A DNA stretch of 64,000 nt from Octopus vulgaris (GCA_951406725.2 OX597819.1:17298001-17362000); one strand, 5' to 3'; counted from the first letter of the stretch, positions 27,600 through 42,830 are shown. Numbers and translations: made by a program. Notes: generated by a model from the sequence alone, not told the origin.

Positions 27600-28974
27600 T
27601 GTGAAAGGTGACATTCCAACACGTTTTCCTTGAAAATCACTCTGTGGAAAGTCTATTGCTACCATTTTAATGTTAAAACTGAAAAGGGAAGAAAATGGAA
27701 GAAAATTAAATACACTTTCGTAATTCGATGCTTTTATTTCCAGGAAGGTAAAAAAAAAAAGCTGTACAGAGAGCAAAAAGATATGTTTAGTGATGCTGAT
27801 GGTGGCATAGCTGAGCGGACTCTCCTTAAATGGTTTGTTAAGTTTCAGACAGAAAATTTTGATCTGGACGTGCGTCGTTGAGCGATCGAAATAATCCTGG
27901 TCACACGACAAGAGGCATTGCAGAGAAACTCTACATATCTCGTATATGAGCGTTCCAAGACATCGAAAAAGGGAAACGTGGACGGCTATGAGGTTTGGAT
28001 CTCTCATAATTTAATCGAAACAATTTAGTAGACGGCATTTTCATCTGTGTTTGCTAGCTCAAACTGAACGAAAATGGCCCATTTCTGAAAAGAACAATAT
28101 CAGGTGATGTAAAATGGATTGTTTAAAACAATATGGAACAGAAAAGGTAAAAGCAATAGAAACGAACCACTTTTAATCCTTCCAAGAGCTGGTCAGTATC
28201 CGAAGCAGGTGATGCTTTATATCTGGTGAGATTGGAAGTGCATTGTGTATTAGGAACTCCTTGCAAAATGACAGACATTGAATTCAGACAATTATCGTTC
28301 TCAGTTGGACCCATGAAAGGGAGCAATCGATGGAAAACATCCAGAATTGACCAATGGGAATGGTGTCGTTTTCCTTCAGGGCGGCGCTGGTTCGTATGTT
28401 TCCTTCGTGACCTGGCAGAAATTGGCACAACATCCACCTGACTTTCTACCTTCGTATTACCATTTATTTTGAGTTCTGCAAAATTCTCTTAATGAGAAGA
28501 ACTTCAATTATTTGGAAGACTGTAAAAAACATTTAGAGAAGTTCCTGACCAAGAAAGATGCCAAATCCTGGGAGGTTGGGGTCATGAAACCGCCTCGAAG
28601 ATGACGAAGGTTAGCGGAATATAAGGGGACATATACCTATTTCTTTATTACCCACGAGGGGCTAAACATAGAGGGGACAAACAAGGGGACATACATAGGT
28701 ATTAAGTCGATTACATCGACCCCAGTGCGTAACTGGTACTTAATTTATCGACCCCGAAAGGATGAAAGGCAAAGTCAACCTCGGCGGAATTTGAACTCAC
28801 AACGTAATGACAAGCGAAATACCGTTAAGCATTTCGCCCGGCGTGCTAACGTTTCTGCCAGCTCTCCGCCATCGTATAAGGGGACATATACCGTTGAATA
28901 AAGCTATGTACAAGTAATGAAATAGTGTTATGAATTTTACTGGAGAAACGGTGCGAACTTTTGTTCCAATTCCA
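27600..28974 (+). mobile_element. Decayed mariner transposon, interrupted by a family A SINE
   Basis: ERTLLKWFVKFQTENFDLD, ISGDVKWIV and PDFLPSYYHLF are mariner transposase motifs. A TIR-like aacttttgttccaa lies near 28960. The left end is uncertain. Confidence 0.8.
28638..28874 (-). mobile_element. SINE family A with 18-bp TSD
   Basis: TSD tataaggggacatatacc at 28620-28637 and 28875-28892. Confidence 0.95.
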
Positions 28975-29809
28975 CCCCTCCACACACACAGACACACAGA
29001 CACACACAGATACACACGTGGAGTTAAAACAAAAGTATATGTGTGTGTTTGCATACATACGTATATGTACATATTTTTGTACGTGTATTTATATATAGTG
29101 CTCTAGATAATCTTTTAGTGTGCAATTAGTTTTGTTCTCCTCAAACCAGTCTTCTACAAATCAATATACACCCTTCGGTAAATCTTTTATTTCCTTGTTG
29201 CTTAACTTAGTTCTTTCTACTTAATTTTATATTTCATGTGTGTTGGTTTCGTTAAATGCACGTTTGTCAGTTAACTCTATCGTTATTCACCAATTTTACA
29301 CATCTACAAATTTCAAGAGTTTGCATTTACGGGGGGAAACTATAGAAGATATGCTGCACAATTTCTTGGTGTTACAGTGCCAGGTATTGCAGATTAGAAC
29401 AAGCGTTTTGACTACTATTATTTATTCGACGCTGGCTTACTGTTTCTCTTAATTTAATGCTCTTCCCATTCTTTCACTTCTCTCTCCCTCTCTGACCCCT
29501 GTCTCTTTCTGTTTGTGTGAGTATATTTGTCTTTATGCGTGCGTGACGGGAAGTTTTTATGTGAATCATGATCAATTAATAAATTTCAACAATCCCACTT
29601 CCCCCTTTCTCTCTCCCTTCCTCTTGTATGCGTATATTTCTGCGTGCACGCGTATGTTTGCCTTAAATGCCAAAAAAAAACTTACTGTCGCCCAAACAAG
29701 CCTTACCTCCAGTTAGCCATGCCAAATCATCAGCGTCTTAACTGCTGCGCCAAATTGTCTTATTCCGCGTAAAAAAAAATATGTGTCCTGCGAAGATAGT
29801 ATATTGTTC

Positions 29810-30150
29810 AAGATGTGAAAGACAATTGGAAACTGTTTTGTGTAGGATGTGAGCTATGTCTAGAAGTGTTGCATTTTGATATGTATATCCAGTTGTAAAT
29901 ACGACTTTGCTTTCATGCTCTTTTCTTCCTATTTGGTTTATGGTGATTTCTACTTCAATTATTATCGCTACCTTTTTACATTTATGACCCACATTCTATT
30001 CATTTCAATGTCAAGATCATGCTACTCTGACAGCTTATCCACATCCTTCCAAATAATGTTTAGGCAAGAATTGATCAAGAGATTTATCTGGTTACCAATA
30101 TCTTCGTTCCAGTTCTTGAAGATTGTCGCGGCCTCCTTGTCAGTGATTTT
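29810..30150 (-). pseudogene. 3' fragment of an R4/Dong-like REL LINE
   Basis: KLSE*HDLDIEMNRMW...QNATLLDIAHILHKTVS resembles the KY.DL..E..RMW...QK..LLGTAHILRK C-terminus of REL LINEs. Confidence 0.65.
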
Positions 30151-30379
30151 ATTCAACTTATATAACTGTCAAGTATGGTTTGTGAAAGGAAGAAGAAACA
30201 CAAAACTTGATTATTTTAACAATGGAAATCTGTTCAAAACGCATGTGACAGTGAAGCCTGTCAAAGCAGGTTATCTTGTTGATCCGGGTCGCAAATTAAG
30301 GCTACAACTCAAAACGACGCAGGCTTGTTATGAGAGATGTGACCAGTCTTAGGAAGCATGCTCACACAGACTGTTACAC

Positions 30380-30455
<76 letters not shown>

Positions 30456-31269
30456 CGGAGCTAACTTCTTACAGTACAATGTTATAGATTTCTAACAACT
30501 TTTGAAGCTACAACTCTTGAGGAAAATAGATCGGTTTAACAACTGATGTATCAAGATTTCAACTTAAATGGATCTCGTCAGCTTTTCTCAGATCGCTTAA
30601 CACTCGTGGATTTTATCTGTATCCCATAATGATTATGTTACTTTGAGTCGATGTAGAACATTTCATTTGGTGGAGTATATTTCGTAATTATTTTGAGATA
30701 TTGATTCACAAACCATAAAGTATTTGATCTAATTACTCGTAATTTGACAGCCAAGATTATAATGCAAATGATCCATGGATATTTTGATGAGTTTGCAAAA
30801 GAAACAAAAAGAGATAGACTCAGTGACGAGTGACGTTCGGTAAATGATAAAGGCAAGGCTGGGAGTCGGCTTTGTGCTTTTCTTTTTATTTCAAAATGAA
30901 GCATATTTCTAAGCCTTCTATCATGGATATAAGCCAATGAAATAAATCTGTACAGAATCGATTCAATAAAATATAGAATAAACTGCTTAATTGCCTTCTA
31001 AAATCCTACCTTGTCTTAAAAAAAGAACTATTAGAGAACGTGCGCCTTGATGTAGAAAACTGTGGAATAGTCAAAGGCTGAATGCTTTTACAAACAAATT
31101 TACTCGTTTGGGCTTCGTCTCAACGACAGCAACAACATCAAGAAAAACAATAACGACTTCACCATTATCTTCACCATGTATAAATTATGTTAGAAAGTAT
31201 AGGAATCGTTACAGCGTCAGATAAAATGTCTTATTCGTTCCAGCTCTTTGCGCTCTGAACTCAAATACT

Positions 31270-31500
31270 TATTTCTTTACTACCCACAAGGGGCTAAACA
31301 CAGAAGGGACAAACAAGGACAGACAAACGGATTAAGTCGATTTTATCGACCCCAGTGCGTAACTGGTACTTATTTAATCGACCCCGAAAGGATGAAAGGC
31401 AAAGTCGACCTCGGCGGAATTTGAACTCAGAACGTAGCGGCAGACGAAATAATGCTAGGCATTTCGCCCGGCGTGCTAACGTTTCTGCCAGCTCGCCGCC
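31270..31500 (-). mobile_element. SINE family A with 10-bp TSD, inside an older SINE remnant
   Basis: TSD ctcaaatact at 31260-31269 and 31500-31509. Confidence 0.92.
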
Positions 31501-32620
31501 TCAAATACTGACGAGGCGCTGGTGGCGGCCAGGTTAATCAACAGATGACGGGATTATTACATCCCAGTTGCAAGTCGATGGGTTTGCAATCGTCATAAGA
31601 GCTGGCTACAGCACAGCGAGGTTTCCTCCGACCGTGCATTGAAAAACGGTTTAACGGAAAGTAAGGAAATCTTTGCGACTCTGTTCAAGAAACTGGATAT
31701 TTGGAAAAAAAAAATGTTTGGGCAGAATAATAAGATGAGGGCGGCGAGCTTGGCAGAGTCGTTAGCACGTTCGGCAGAATGGTCAGCAGGGTCTCTTGCA
31801 TCTCTATACGTTCTGAATTTCAAGGCCACTAAGCTCAGCTTTGTCTTTCATCCTTTCGGGTTGATAACATAATGTATCAGTCAAGTGCTTTGGATGTTTC
31901 ACTCACACTCTTGCAATGGTGGTTTCGATCTCTGGGCCGAGTGGTGTGTTAAGTTCTTGAGCAAAAAACTTCATTACACGTTGTTCCACTCCACTCAGTT
32001 TTAAATGAGAGATCTTACGACGGACCGGGGTCCTGTCCAGCGGTGTATATATTGTGATTCCGGTCACTCATACTCCATGGAACCCTGGAAACCGACTCCT
32101 ATGACGCCCAAGACCCGACACAGCAACGTCCAGGTGTTAGCTTTACCTTTTACTTTCGTATATTTATTGAATATCTTCTATTGAATCGATTGGAAGGGCC
32201 CCAATATTTTGACAGGAAATTATGTTATGGATGCCGGAAGGATGGAAGGAAAGATGACCTCTGCAGAAATGTCACTTCCGTGAGAAGGAGCAAAAACGAA
32301 TTATGATCGAATTGTTGGCGATCTCAACACAGACGTTTAAACCATTTAGAGATTTTTGAAGTTGGAAAGAAACGCCAAGGTGTCAAAATATTAAAAACAC
32401 CAACAACTAGATGTAGAGTAAAGAGGCGGTGGCGGAGGAGGAGGAGTTACTAGTTACGTAAAAGTTTTGAAATAACTATTTCTTTCTATTCTTGGAGAAA
32501 ATCTAACGGCAGCTGTTCTAGATTTTGATCTTTGTAGACTCAAGGAGAGAATTGTGAGGAAAGGAATTATATCCATCCAGATAATATAGTATAAACTATA
32601 CCGTGTGTGAGTGAGCGTGC

Positions 32621-32674
<54 letters not shown>

Positions 32675-32826
32675 AAAAGTGAATGAGAGAGAGAGGACGA
32701 GAGGTTTAAAAATATCGCATTTCTTATAATTGGGCAAATCCATCTACTGATAATACTCGCTTATCCTTTCAAAAATATATCGCCAATGAAACACACACAA
32801 ACAGGCTTTTTATATACGCATATATT

Positions 32827-32921
<95 letters not shown>

Positions 32922-32948
32922 ATATATATATATATAACGTTCTACTTT

Positions 32949-32992
<44 letters not shown>

Positions 32993-33260
32993 AAAGTAGA
33001 ACGTTAATTATAGCGTGATATTAGCACGCACACACACACACACTCATCCACACAGACGTAAACTTTTTCTGCGCATGTGCATAGGTGTAAATAAACGCAC
33101 ACAGGCAAATACATACAGGCACACATGCACATACGCACGCGCGCGCGCTCGCGCCGGCTTGTAATTGTGTATTCGTAAGCGTATGCGTGTGAATGGCTGT
33201 GCGTATCCACGTGTATGTGCTTATTAGTTAAGGTATGTCTCAATGTGCATGTATAATTGA

Positions 33261-33325
<65 letters not shown>

Positions 33326-33547
33326 GTGAAAAAAAATGTAGCAGTGCAGGAAGTGGTGAGATGCAAAAGAATGGTAATAGGGCCAAGTGTAAAGAGGAAA
33401 AATAAGAGAAATCTGCCGAGGAAATATTTACACACAAACAGCCTTATATATGTATATGTATATCAGTAGGTATACACGCACAAACACGTGAATGTGTGTG
33501 TATAGTGACATAGATACAACAAATGCGTACACATATACAATCCCACC

Positions 33548-33603
<56 letters not shown>

Positions 33604-33672
33604 CATTTGTATATGTAGTATATTAGGTACATATGCATATATACGTATGTAGTCCATGTACATATGCATAAG

Positions 33673-33724
<52 letters not shown>

Positions 33725-33731
33725 GTATATG

Positions 33732-33783
<52 letters not shown>

Positions 33784-33908
33784 TATCTATATCTATATGC
33801 ATATCTATATCTAAAGCCATCTATCTACCTATCTGTATCTATATCTATATCTATGTATCTATCAATCTTTATATCTATATATCTATATATCTATATCTAT
33901 CTATATAC

Positions 33909-33970
<62 letters not shown>

Positions 33971-33971
33971 G

Positions 33972-34006
<35 letters not shown>

Positions 34007-34007
34007 G

Positions 34008-34109
<102 letters not shown>

Positions 34110-34469
34110 CACTTTGGGTAGGAGAGTTATAGTTCGGTAACGATAATTTCATCTGAAAGTTTGCCAAAACGGTATGGGAGTCTAAGGAATTTCTGATGGG
34201 CTCTTCTAGAGGACATAGATAGTGGAAAGTTACCTACAAAGGTCGGACGTAGTCTAGCGCAGATAAGACAACCTTTGAGAAGTTAGCATCTACAGAAACG
34301 GAAAAATTATAAAACCTTATCCATCCTTCATAGCTTTGTCGTTATGTGGTTATATAAGGAGAATAGATTTGCCTGTAAATGCTCTAGATATATGAATACG
34401 TTTATGCATATAGGGATGCGTATACGTACATAATAATGTACACTCACATTCATATATATATGTGTGTAT

Positions 34470-34505
<36 letters not shown>

Positions 34506-34726
34506 ACGTATGTATATATATATATATATATACATGAATGCTTATGCATATATAATACATACATAAATACGTATACGCATACATACACGCTCATATATTT
34601 GTATACACACACACGGACATAAATATGTCTATACACACACACACACACACACACAATGATATCATTATTGGGTCAAATATGCACCAATTATAACGAAAGT
34701 ACTTTTTGTGCAAGACGTTTAGCAGA

Positions 34727-34847
<121 letters not shown>

Positions 34848-35597
34848 CACACACATTGTATACTGTTCCGTAATAGTAAGATCAACAAAGAAACATAAAA
34901 TGTATACTGTGTTCATTAAACCATATATGTGTGTGCGTGCGCACATGTGCTTGTGTGTGTGTGTAGAGGAGGCCCGAAACGACCCAGGACGCGCACGTGC
35001 GTATAAAGACATGGGTCTACGCCCGTGCGCTCGCATGTATGCGCGCGCATGCACACACTCACACATACATCTAGCGCACTAATACAGTGATTTATAGGCC
35101 CAGCTGAAGCGAAGGGACAGTTGAAAGAAAGATAAACCAAAGGATATTGAAATAGCTTAGTGTTCTACTTATTTTGACTAATTCCGGATTTATATATCCG
35201 GATTTGAGACCAGGTCCTTTGCACAAAAATTATTTTCAGAACAAAAGAGACGGAATTAACGCTATAATTACAGTTTAATTTTTATAAATTCATTTTAAGA
35301 AGGAATCTATCAAGTCTTCATCAAACTTTCGTATCTCTGTGACCGTGTCTCTGTTTGGGGACCTGCCTCTCCCCATCCGGTCGCACTCCTTGATCGGGTT
35401 CCTCTGATACTCTCTCTCTCACCATCCAATTCCAGTAGTGTGGCCACAATCGGACTGTTTCCCAATGCAAACAGTTTGCGTGCATGGTTGTGCCTGTGAA
35501 TATGAGACATCTGACAAACACACACACACACACACATATATGTGTCCATGTATATATACACACACACACACACACACAGACACACACACACACACAT

Positions 35598-35654
<57 letters not shown>

Positions 35655-35789
35655 TATATACACACACAGACACAAGGGAAAGTGAAAAATTATCCGCACT
35701 TTCGCCATAATATATCTTTATTATTGTCACACTGCCTTCTGCGCATGCGTGCTTATAGTTGGTATTGTTGCGGTCACGTGATCGAAGTT

Positions 35790-36100
35790 TGAGCCTGATC
35801 GCTCCATTTTTCTCTTTGGCTTTTAGTGTGCAAGCATGGCCGCTCCACTAGCAACGTGCACCAGAGAAGAACAAAGCGCAGTGATCCTATTTCTCTGATC
35901 GGAATGTGTGTCAAATGCTGAAATTCATCGGAAGCTTTTAGCACAATACAGGGACAGTGCACTACCGTGGAGAAGTGTGTATGAGTGGATCAATAAGTTT
36001 AAACGTGGCCAGACAAGCGTGACGCACGAAGAGAGTGAAGGACGCCCATCAATCTCCACCACTGACGAGAAGATTCAGCTACCTCATCGATGATAACACG
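35790..36100 (+). mobile_element. Mariner transposase 5' fragment
   Basis: MAAPLATCTREEQ...NAEIHRKLLAQYRDSALPWRSVYEWINKFKRGQTSVTHEESEGRPSISTTDEKI, a helix-turn-helix followed by GRP. Confidence 0.85.
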
Positions 36101-36102
36101 CC

Positions 36103-36910
36103 GTTTTATTGGGGAGAGGGCCAATCGATTAGATCGAACCCAGTACGCAACTGGTACTTAATTTACAGACCCCGAAAGGATGAAAGGTAAAGTCGACCTC
36201 GGCGAAATTAGAACTTAGAACGTAACGACAGACGAAATACCTATTTCTTTAATACCCACAAGGGGCTAAACACAGAAGGGACAAACAAGGACAGACAAAC
36301 GGATTAAGTCGATTATATCGACCCCAGTCCGTAACTGGTACTTATTTAATCGACCCCGAAAGGATGAAAGGCAAAGTCGACCTCGGTAGAATTTGAACTC
36401 AGAACGTAACGGCAGACGAAATACCGCTAAGCATTTCGCCCGGCGTGCTAATGTTTCTTATTTCTTTATTGCCCACAAGGGGCTACACACAGAGGGGACA
36501 AACAAGGACAGACAAAGGGATTAAGTCGATTACATCGACCCCAGAGCGTAACTGGTTCTTAAGTTATCGACCCCGAAAGGATGAAAGGTACTGTCGACCT
36601 CGGCGGAATTTGAACTCAGGACGTAACGGCAGACGAAATACCGCTAAGCATCTCGCCTGGCGTGCTAATGTTTCTTATTTCTTTATTGCTCACAAGGGGC
36701 TACACACAGAGGGGACAAACAAGGACAGATAAAGGGATTAAGTCGATTACATCGACCCCAGTGCGTAACTGGTTCTTAATTTATCGACCCCGAAAGGATG
36801 AAAGGTACTGTCGACCTCGGCGGAATTTGAACTCAGAACGTAACGGCAGACGAAATAGCGTTGAGCATTTCGCCCGGCGTGCTAACGATTCTACCAGCTC
36901 GCTGCCTTTT
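36103..36910 (-). mobile_element. Head-to-tail array of SINE family A (four units)
   Basis: Unit junctions near 36240, 36457 and 36674. Only the last unit has the 5' head. Confidence 0.92.
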
Positions 36911-36988
36911 TCGATCTCATTCTTAGACGAATATTGACATTGCTTTACCTATCCTGGTTTTAACTTCAACACTTCTCCATAACCCTGG

Positions 36989-37024
<36 letters not shown>

Positions 37025-37555
37025 GTATGCGTGTGGTGTGTGTATATATAAACGCACAAAAGCACAATATGTACATTAGTGCCTGTGAATGCGCGTGAAT
37101 ATGTATATTGGTATGTGCATGCGTTCACATATAAGCGTTCATATGAATATATACCCAAATAAATACTCTATGATGTCAAATAATTACGTATACATTCGTA
37201 CAATAAATATATGCATGTATATAAATACGGTAAAAGTTGTAGCCAGCTTTGTGTTAGTTTTTATTGCATATTAATTAGAAAGAATACAAATGAAATACCA
37301 TAAAAGGCATTCATGCAAGTTTATTACCATTCCTTAAGCAGAATATGGACGACAAGTTGCAGGCATCAGTGAAGAATATGGTAGACTTTGGTCATAAATA
37401 TCTTGTAATGACTTCCTGGCATTGATAGCAATTACTTCCAGGTTAATGATACCGAATCAACAGTTCTCTTTCTCCCTCTCTCTTTCTTATTGGAAACACC
37501 AGTGAGGACTAATCCAAAATATCTTCCATTTTTATGGTGAAGTGTCAGGCGTGAC

Positions 37556-37651
37556 TAATCAAAAACACGTTATATATTTGTGATGGCTTATCACATAAAG
37601 ATGTAATCAAAAACACGTTATATATTTGTGATGGCTTATCACATAAAGATG
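37556..37651. repeat. Perfect 48-bp tandem duplication
   Basis: taatcaaaaacacgttatatatttgtgatggcttatcacataaagatg twice. Confidence 0.95.
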
Positions 37652-37757
37652 TTGGTGTCGAGCAGGCTCCTGATCAAATTTTTCACAGCTATAAGCATTC
37701 CATCTTTATAGCTATTATACTAGACCTGATTCTCTATCTATCTATCTATCTATCTAT

Positions 37758-37857
37758 CCCCCCCCCCTTTTTTTAATCCCTCCCTTTTTTTTGTCCTTTT
37801 TCTTTCCTTTTACGATCCCTTTTAATCGAAAACCACCACTCTCTTTTTTTTTACCCC

Positions 37858-37915
<58 letters not shown>

Positions 37916-38129
37916 GTCTGTCTGTCTGCCTGCCTGTCTGTCTGTCTGTCAGACTGTCTATCTATCTTTCTGTCTGTCTGACTGTCTATCCCCCGCCTTT
38001 TTTTGTCCTCTTTCTTTCCATTTACGATCCCTATTAATCGAAAACCAAACCCCCTTCTTTTAGCCCCCCCAAGCTCTACCTTGTAATTTTGTCCTGTCTG
38101 TGTGCAGCCCTGTGTGGCCTAAAGAAACA
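37758..38129 (+). mobile_element. 3' UTR fragments of the Tx1-clade LINE within (TATC)n
   Basis: tttacgatccct.ttaatcgaaa and aagctctaccttgtaattttgtcctgtctgtgtgcagccctgtgtggcctaaagaaaca match 58250-58465. Confidence 0.88.
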
Positions 38130-38195
<66 letters not shown>

Positions 38196-38297
38196 GCTGT
38201 CTGTCTGTCTGTCTGTCTGTATGTATGTATGTATGTATGTATGTATCTATCTATCTATCTATCTATCTATCTCTCTATCTCTCTATCTCTCTATCTC

Positions 38298-38354
<57 letters not shown>

Positions 38355-38781
38355 GCAAGAATATACGTATGTGTCTATGTACTTCAGGTTACATGTAACC
38401 CTGTTTAACTTGTCGCGTAGTCGGGCCTTCGGCGACTAAACCGACATGTGTACGAGGCCTGCTTATTAAAGAGGGTGGTTTTCGTTGGACGCTCAGCAAG
38501 AGGAAAAAAATATGTCAAAGGACGGAGGAACTGAACTGAGTCAATGGCCATCCAGCAGCTGGGGGGTGAGGGACGCCTGTTATTTGTTTAGTCTTTTGTC
38601 TGGGAGAGGGAAATTCTGAAATGCCCTTGCTAGTTACTGGTCCCCTTGGCTTTGTAGTTGAGGCTTAGCGGTATTGTGCAAGCTGTTATTGACTTTATAT
38701 TTTAACACATGTCATTGTCTTTAACAAGTAGGATATGATTTGTCAGTGATGGTCATATATTCATCTACGTGTCCACGGCCA

Positions 38782-38850
<69 letters not shown>

Positions 38851-38857
<7 letters not shown>

Positions 38858-39144
38858 ATCACATGACCGACCAGTCCATAAGATGTAGTTACACATCGCT
38901 GGTCACAATGCGTTCGCATTGTTTTAGCCTTCGAATGACGCCACCCCGCTGGCTAAGCGAGCAGGCCAACAGAAGAAAGAGTGGTGAAAGAGTACAGCAG
39001 GGATCACAACCCCCTGCCGGAGCCTCGTGGAGCTTCTATGTGCTTTCGCTCAATAAACACTCACAACGCCCGGTCTTGGAATCGAAACCGCGATCCTACG
39101 ACCGCGAGTCCGCTGCCCTAACCACAGGGCCATTGCGCCTCCAC
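38851..39144 (-). mobile_element. SINE family B, tail type 2
   Basis: Reverse complement of 13817-14122. The 3' end abuts (TA)n. Confidence 0.92.
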
Positions 39145-39146
39145 AA

Positions 39147-39178
<32 letters not shown>

Positions 39179-39576
39179 GTGTGTAAATGTGTGGCTGAGT
39201 TGGTCTGTGTGTTGAACTGTGGATGCATACACCCAAGTGTGCGCCTCTATTCACATAAGAATCTCAGATTGAGTATTTTGGAAATACCTTACAGATATTC
39301 ACTGTGCCACTGATAGACTGGATGCATGTATGTATATGTACAAACACACATACACACATATATACAGCGATCTACACACACACATACATGTACACACAGA
39401 CATTTTTTCTGTCCCCGTGGAAGTGTATTAGTAGGAGGAGGAGGAGGGGAGGAAGAAAAGAGTGTGGGGGGAGGCAAGGAAGAAGTGGTGCAAGGATAGA
39501 TGAGAAGGGTGAGATGTAGAGTTTTGCTAGGTGGGGGTTGAGGGAAGAGTGACAGGAGTAGAGCGATGGAAAAGGC

Positions 39577-39614
<38 letters not shown>

Positions 39615-40182
39615 TAAAGAGGGATAAAAAGGAAAGGGAAGGGGAATGGAGGGAAGTTAGAGAAAGTGAGATGAGTAATGGGAGGAGTAGGAGAAGTGAG
39701 AATAATAAAAGGGGAGAGATGGTGGGAGAAAAGCGAGGTAAGGGAACAGAGATAAACATTTCACATTTGAAAAGTTTTATCGTATATACACGCGCAAACA
39801 ACCGTACACACACGCACACTGCCATACACACACGCACACTGCCATACACACACGCACATCAGCATACATACACGCACACTACCACACACACAGACTATCA
39901 TAAACACACGCACACTGACATATACACACGCACTAACGCATGCCTACATTACTGCCAGACGGAAAGAAACACCTTTATTCATGTAGACACATGTTGAATG
40001 ACGAAACGTGGAAAATAAACCGAAATCTCTCTCATGTCAAGGAAGTTTAGAGATTTCTTATTAATTTATTTTTCTTCTCTCGTTCACCGACAGAAATTAT
40101 TCGAAAGAAATTAGATCTTTGAACGGCATTGTTTATTTATATACCTCTTATAATATCCTTCTTTCTGCGTAGCCATACATAC

Positions 40183-40241
<59 letters not shown>

Positions 40242-40272
40242 TATGTTTATGTATATATGTATATATATGATA

Positions 40273-40303
<31 letters not shown>

Positions 40304-40314
40304 ATATATATGTA

Positions 40315-40396
<82 letters not shown>

Positions 40397-40452
40397 TACA
40401 TATATATATATGTATATATATATATGTATATGTATATATGCATACATAAGTA

Positions 40453-40557
<105 letters not shown>

Positions 40558-41194
40558 GTATATATATATTTAAATACTTCTGAAATTATTTTTTAATATT
40601 CATTTTTTTATATATTTTTTTTATCATATCGTTCAGTACGAGAAGAACTAAGAAGGAAGGCCGCAAGTGCACCTCCCTCGTTTTGGTGATGGAAGTTTTG
40701 AGGGAATTTTATCCGTGTTATCTTTCGTAGATAAACCCAAGTAACTTAAGTGTGATCAGTAAACTCCGTAATTTTCCCCAAATTCCTGGCTTAAATCATG
40801 AATAAACATAGTTTATGCGTGAAACGCTGTCATTTTGATATATTAATGAAATAATTTGTAAAAGTCAAATGACGTTTTCATTGCTTAATCACAATAAATG
40901 ATTAAAACTGCATATAAAGCTTTACCTCATATTTAATTCACTTCGGAGCCAATCTTTCAAGGTATTTTCGATAATAAATTAAAGGATCTGATTCTACGAG
41001 CCTATATCAAACACATGGATGTGTTTGTTAAATACCATTAGCAGCTTATTTCACTGGAATGCCGTCATACTCTTTTGATGGTGTGGGTATAGAAGTGTGT
41101 GTATATATATATATATATTCAATATGTCACCGCTTGTGTATCGTTGGCGATCTTTTCCCCCGTCTTCCCTTCCTGGGATCTTTCCTTTTTCTAT

Positions 41195-41229
41195 GTTTCT
41201 GACGAAGAGCTCTGCTCGAAACGTTAAAT
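41195..41229 (+). ncRNA. Minimal type I hammerhead, canonical core, in a ~215-bp (TA)n-flanked element (about 41118-41331)
   Basis: gttt-CTGACGA-a gagc tct gctc-GAAA-cg-TT-aaat. Confidence 0.75.
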
Positions 41230-41330
41230 CCGCCTTCTTTCTTTCCTTTCCTGAGCGTCCAATAACACTGTACTTGTTCCAAGTCCTCGCGTTGTTGTGT
41301 TTTCTCTTTGTGTTTTCATGCTTGGATTAA

Positions 41331-41367
<37 letters not shown>

Positions 41368-41428
41368 GTGCCCACATATACATATATATATATACGTATA
41401 GATGTATGTGCATATACGTTTGTATATA

Positions 41429-41479
<51 letters not shown>

Positions 41480-41487
<8 letters not shown>

Positions 41488-41514
41488 TATATTACATATA
41501 TATATATTTATGTA

Positions 41515-41557
<43 letters not shown>

Positions 41558-41638
41558 TATATTACATATATATATATTTATGTATATATGTATATATATA
41601 TATATATTATTTATATTACATATATATATATTTATGTA

Positions 41639-41681
<43 letters not shown>

Positions 41682-41708
41682 TATATTACATATATATATA
41701 TTTATGTA

Positions 41709-41715
<7 letters not shown>
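41480..41715. repeat. Four-copy AT-rich minisatellite within (TA)n
   Basis: tattatttatattacatatatatatatttatgtatatatg recurs near 41481, 41551, 41605 and 41675. Confidence 0.9.
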
Positions 41716-41759
<44 letters not shown>

Positions 41760-41860
41760 ATATATATATATATACATTACTCATGATGTTCTCCGTGGGG
41801 CAGCTGATCAGGCAGTTGGATTGTTGGTATAGCTGAGAAATAGTAATATAGCACATCTTT

Positions 41861-41911
<51 letters not shown>

Positions 41912-41949
41912 TACGTGTGTGTATGTGAATGTAGTCTAATATTTGGAAT

Positions 41950-42830
41950 CGTAGAATCGTGTAAATATCATAGAAAGGCTGTGTAGTCCGCCTCGGCTAA
42001 CAGACCACATAGTCAGCCAATGTATAGGATGAGAGTAAAATAGTTGCAGGTCTCTCAGGCGCTTTGGGAGGATATAGAAGAGCTGTGGGCCCTTGAAACT
42101 CACGCTATTGAAGTATCTAGTCCTGTGTCTTGATGGCGATGTATGGGATGTTTCGAACCTCGCAGTAGCGCCCCGTTCTGCTTAGCCAACCCACTGTTGT
42201 TCCACTTTGCTCAACTTCTATTTTTGTGAGGCAGCCTTCAAACATGCTTCTGAGATTTGGAGCATGCGTTTGGTGATATGTAGAATATATAACAACATCA
42301 AGTTGCTTTGTATTTCCACTTTGAGTAACTCGTACTGAATATGAATATGACAGCCGGACCTGGGGCGTGAGGTCCTCATGGATGTATACTGCAATAGCAC
42401 CGTGGCTCCTTTCTGCATCTGCCCGTTCGTATTACAACATACTCTGGTATGTGTAGTTCTGTATCTCCTATATCAGGTCTAAGATACGCTTTCACAAGTG
42501 CTATTCATAGAGCATAGGTCTCTATGTGAAGAGATTTTTGTCATTTTGAAGGAACAACAGACCTCCGATATTCAATAGAAATATTGATGTGACGCATGTG
42601 CTGATGTTAGTGGTGGACATTCTGTATCTGTCGACTGCGGTAGTGGCTGCAAGTCTGTGCTTGAAATAGCCAAGTTAGCTGCTGCAGAATCTTTTGTGTC
42701 ATGCACAAAAAAAGATTTTTGGTTCAGCTTCTGCTCTTTTCACTGCTGGGCGAAGTGGGTTGTTTGAAGTAGCACTCTACATCTGGATGTTGTCTTTTAT
42801 AGACTGTGCGATTTCTTCTTTGCTGCCTCT
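41950..42830 (-). pseudogene. Second decayed copy of the CCCH-ORF1/APE LINE family
   Basis: Minus strand LLNIGGL, LRPDIGDTELHIPEYVVIRT and RSHGAIAVYIHEDLTPQVRLSYS parallel 24110-24360. The ORF1 end tttgtgcatg.c.caaaagat is shared with about 23970. Confidence 0.8.

Noticed and set aside
38394-38783. Possible solo LTR (tgtaac...ca)
   Set aside because: No TSD or matching terminal inverted repeat, and only one copy.
38920-39010. HDV-like ribozyme in SINE B tail 2 (minus strand: tgtt ggc..gcc agcggggt gg..gctaa aaca)
   Set aside because: The order of elements is suggestive, but L3 is too long, there is no G1 at the P1 start, ggctaa pairs equally well with ttagcc, and the 54253 copy deletes the region.
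40750-40835. Possible hammerhead (tgatca gtaaact..agtttat..gaaacgctgtc)
   Set aside because: The core has several mismatches and is too degenerate to call.
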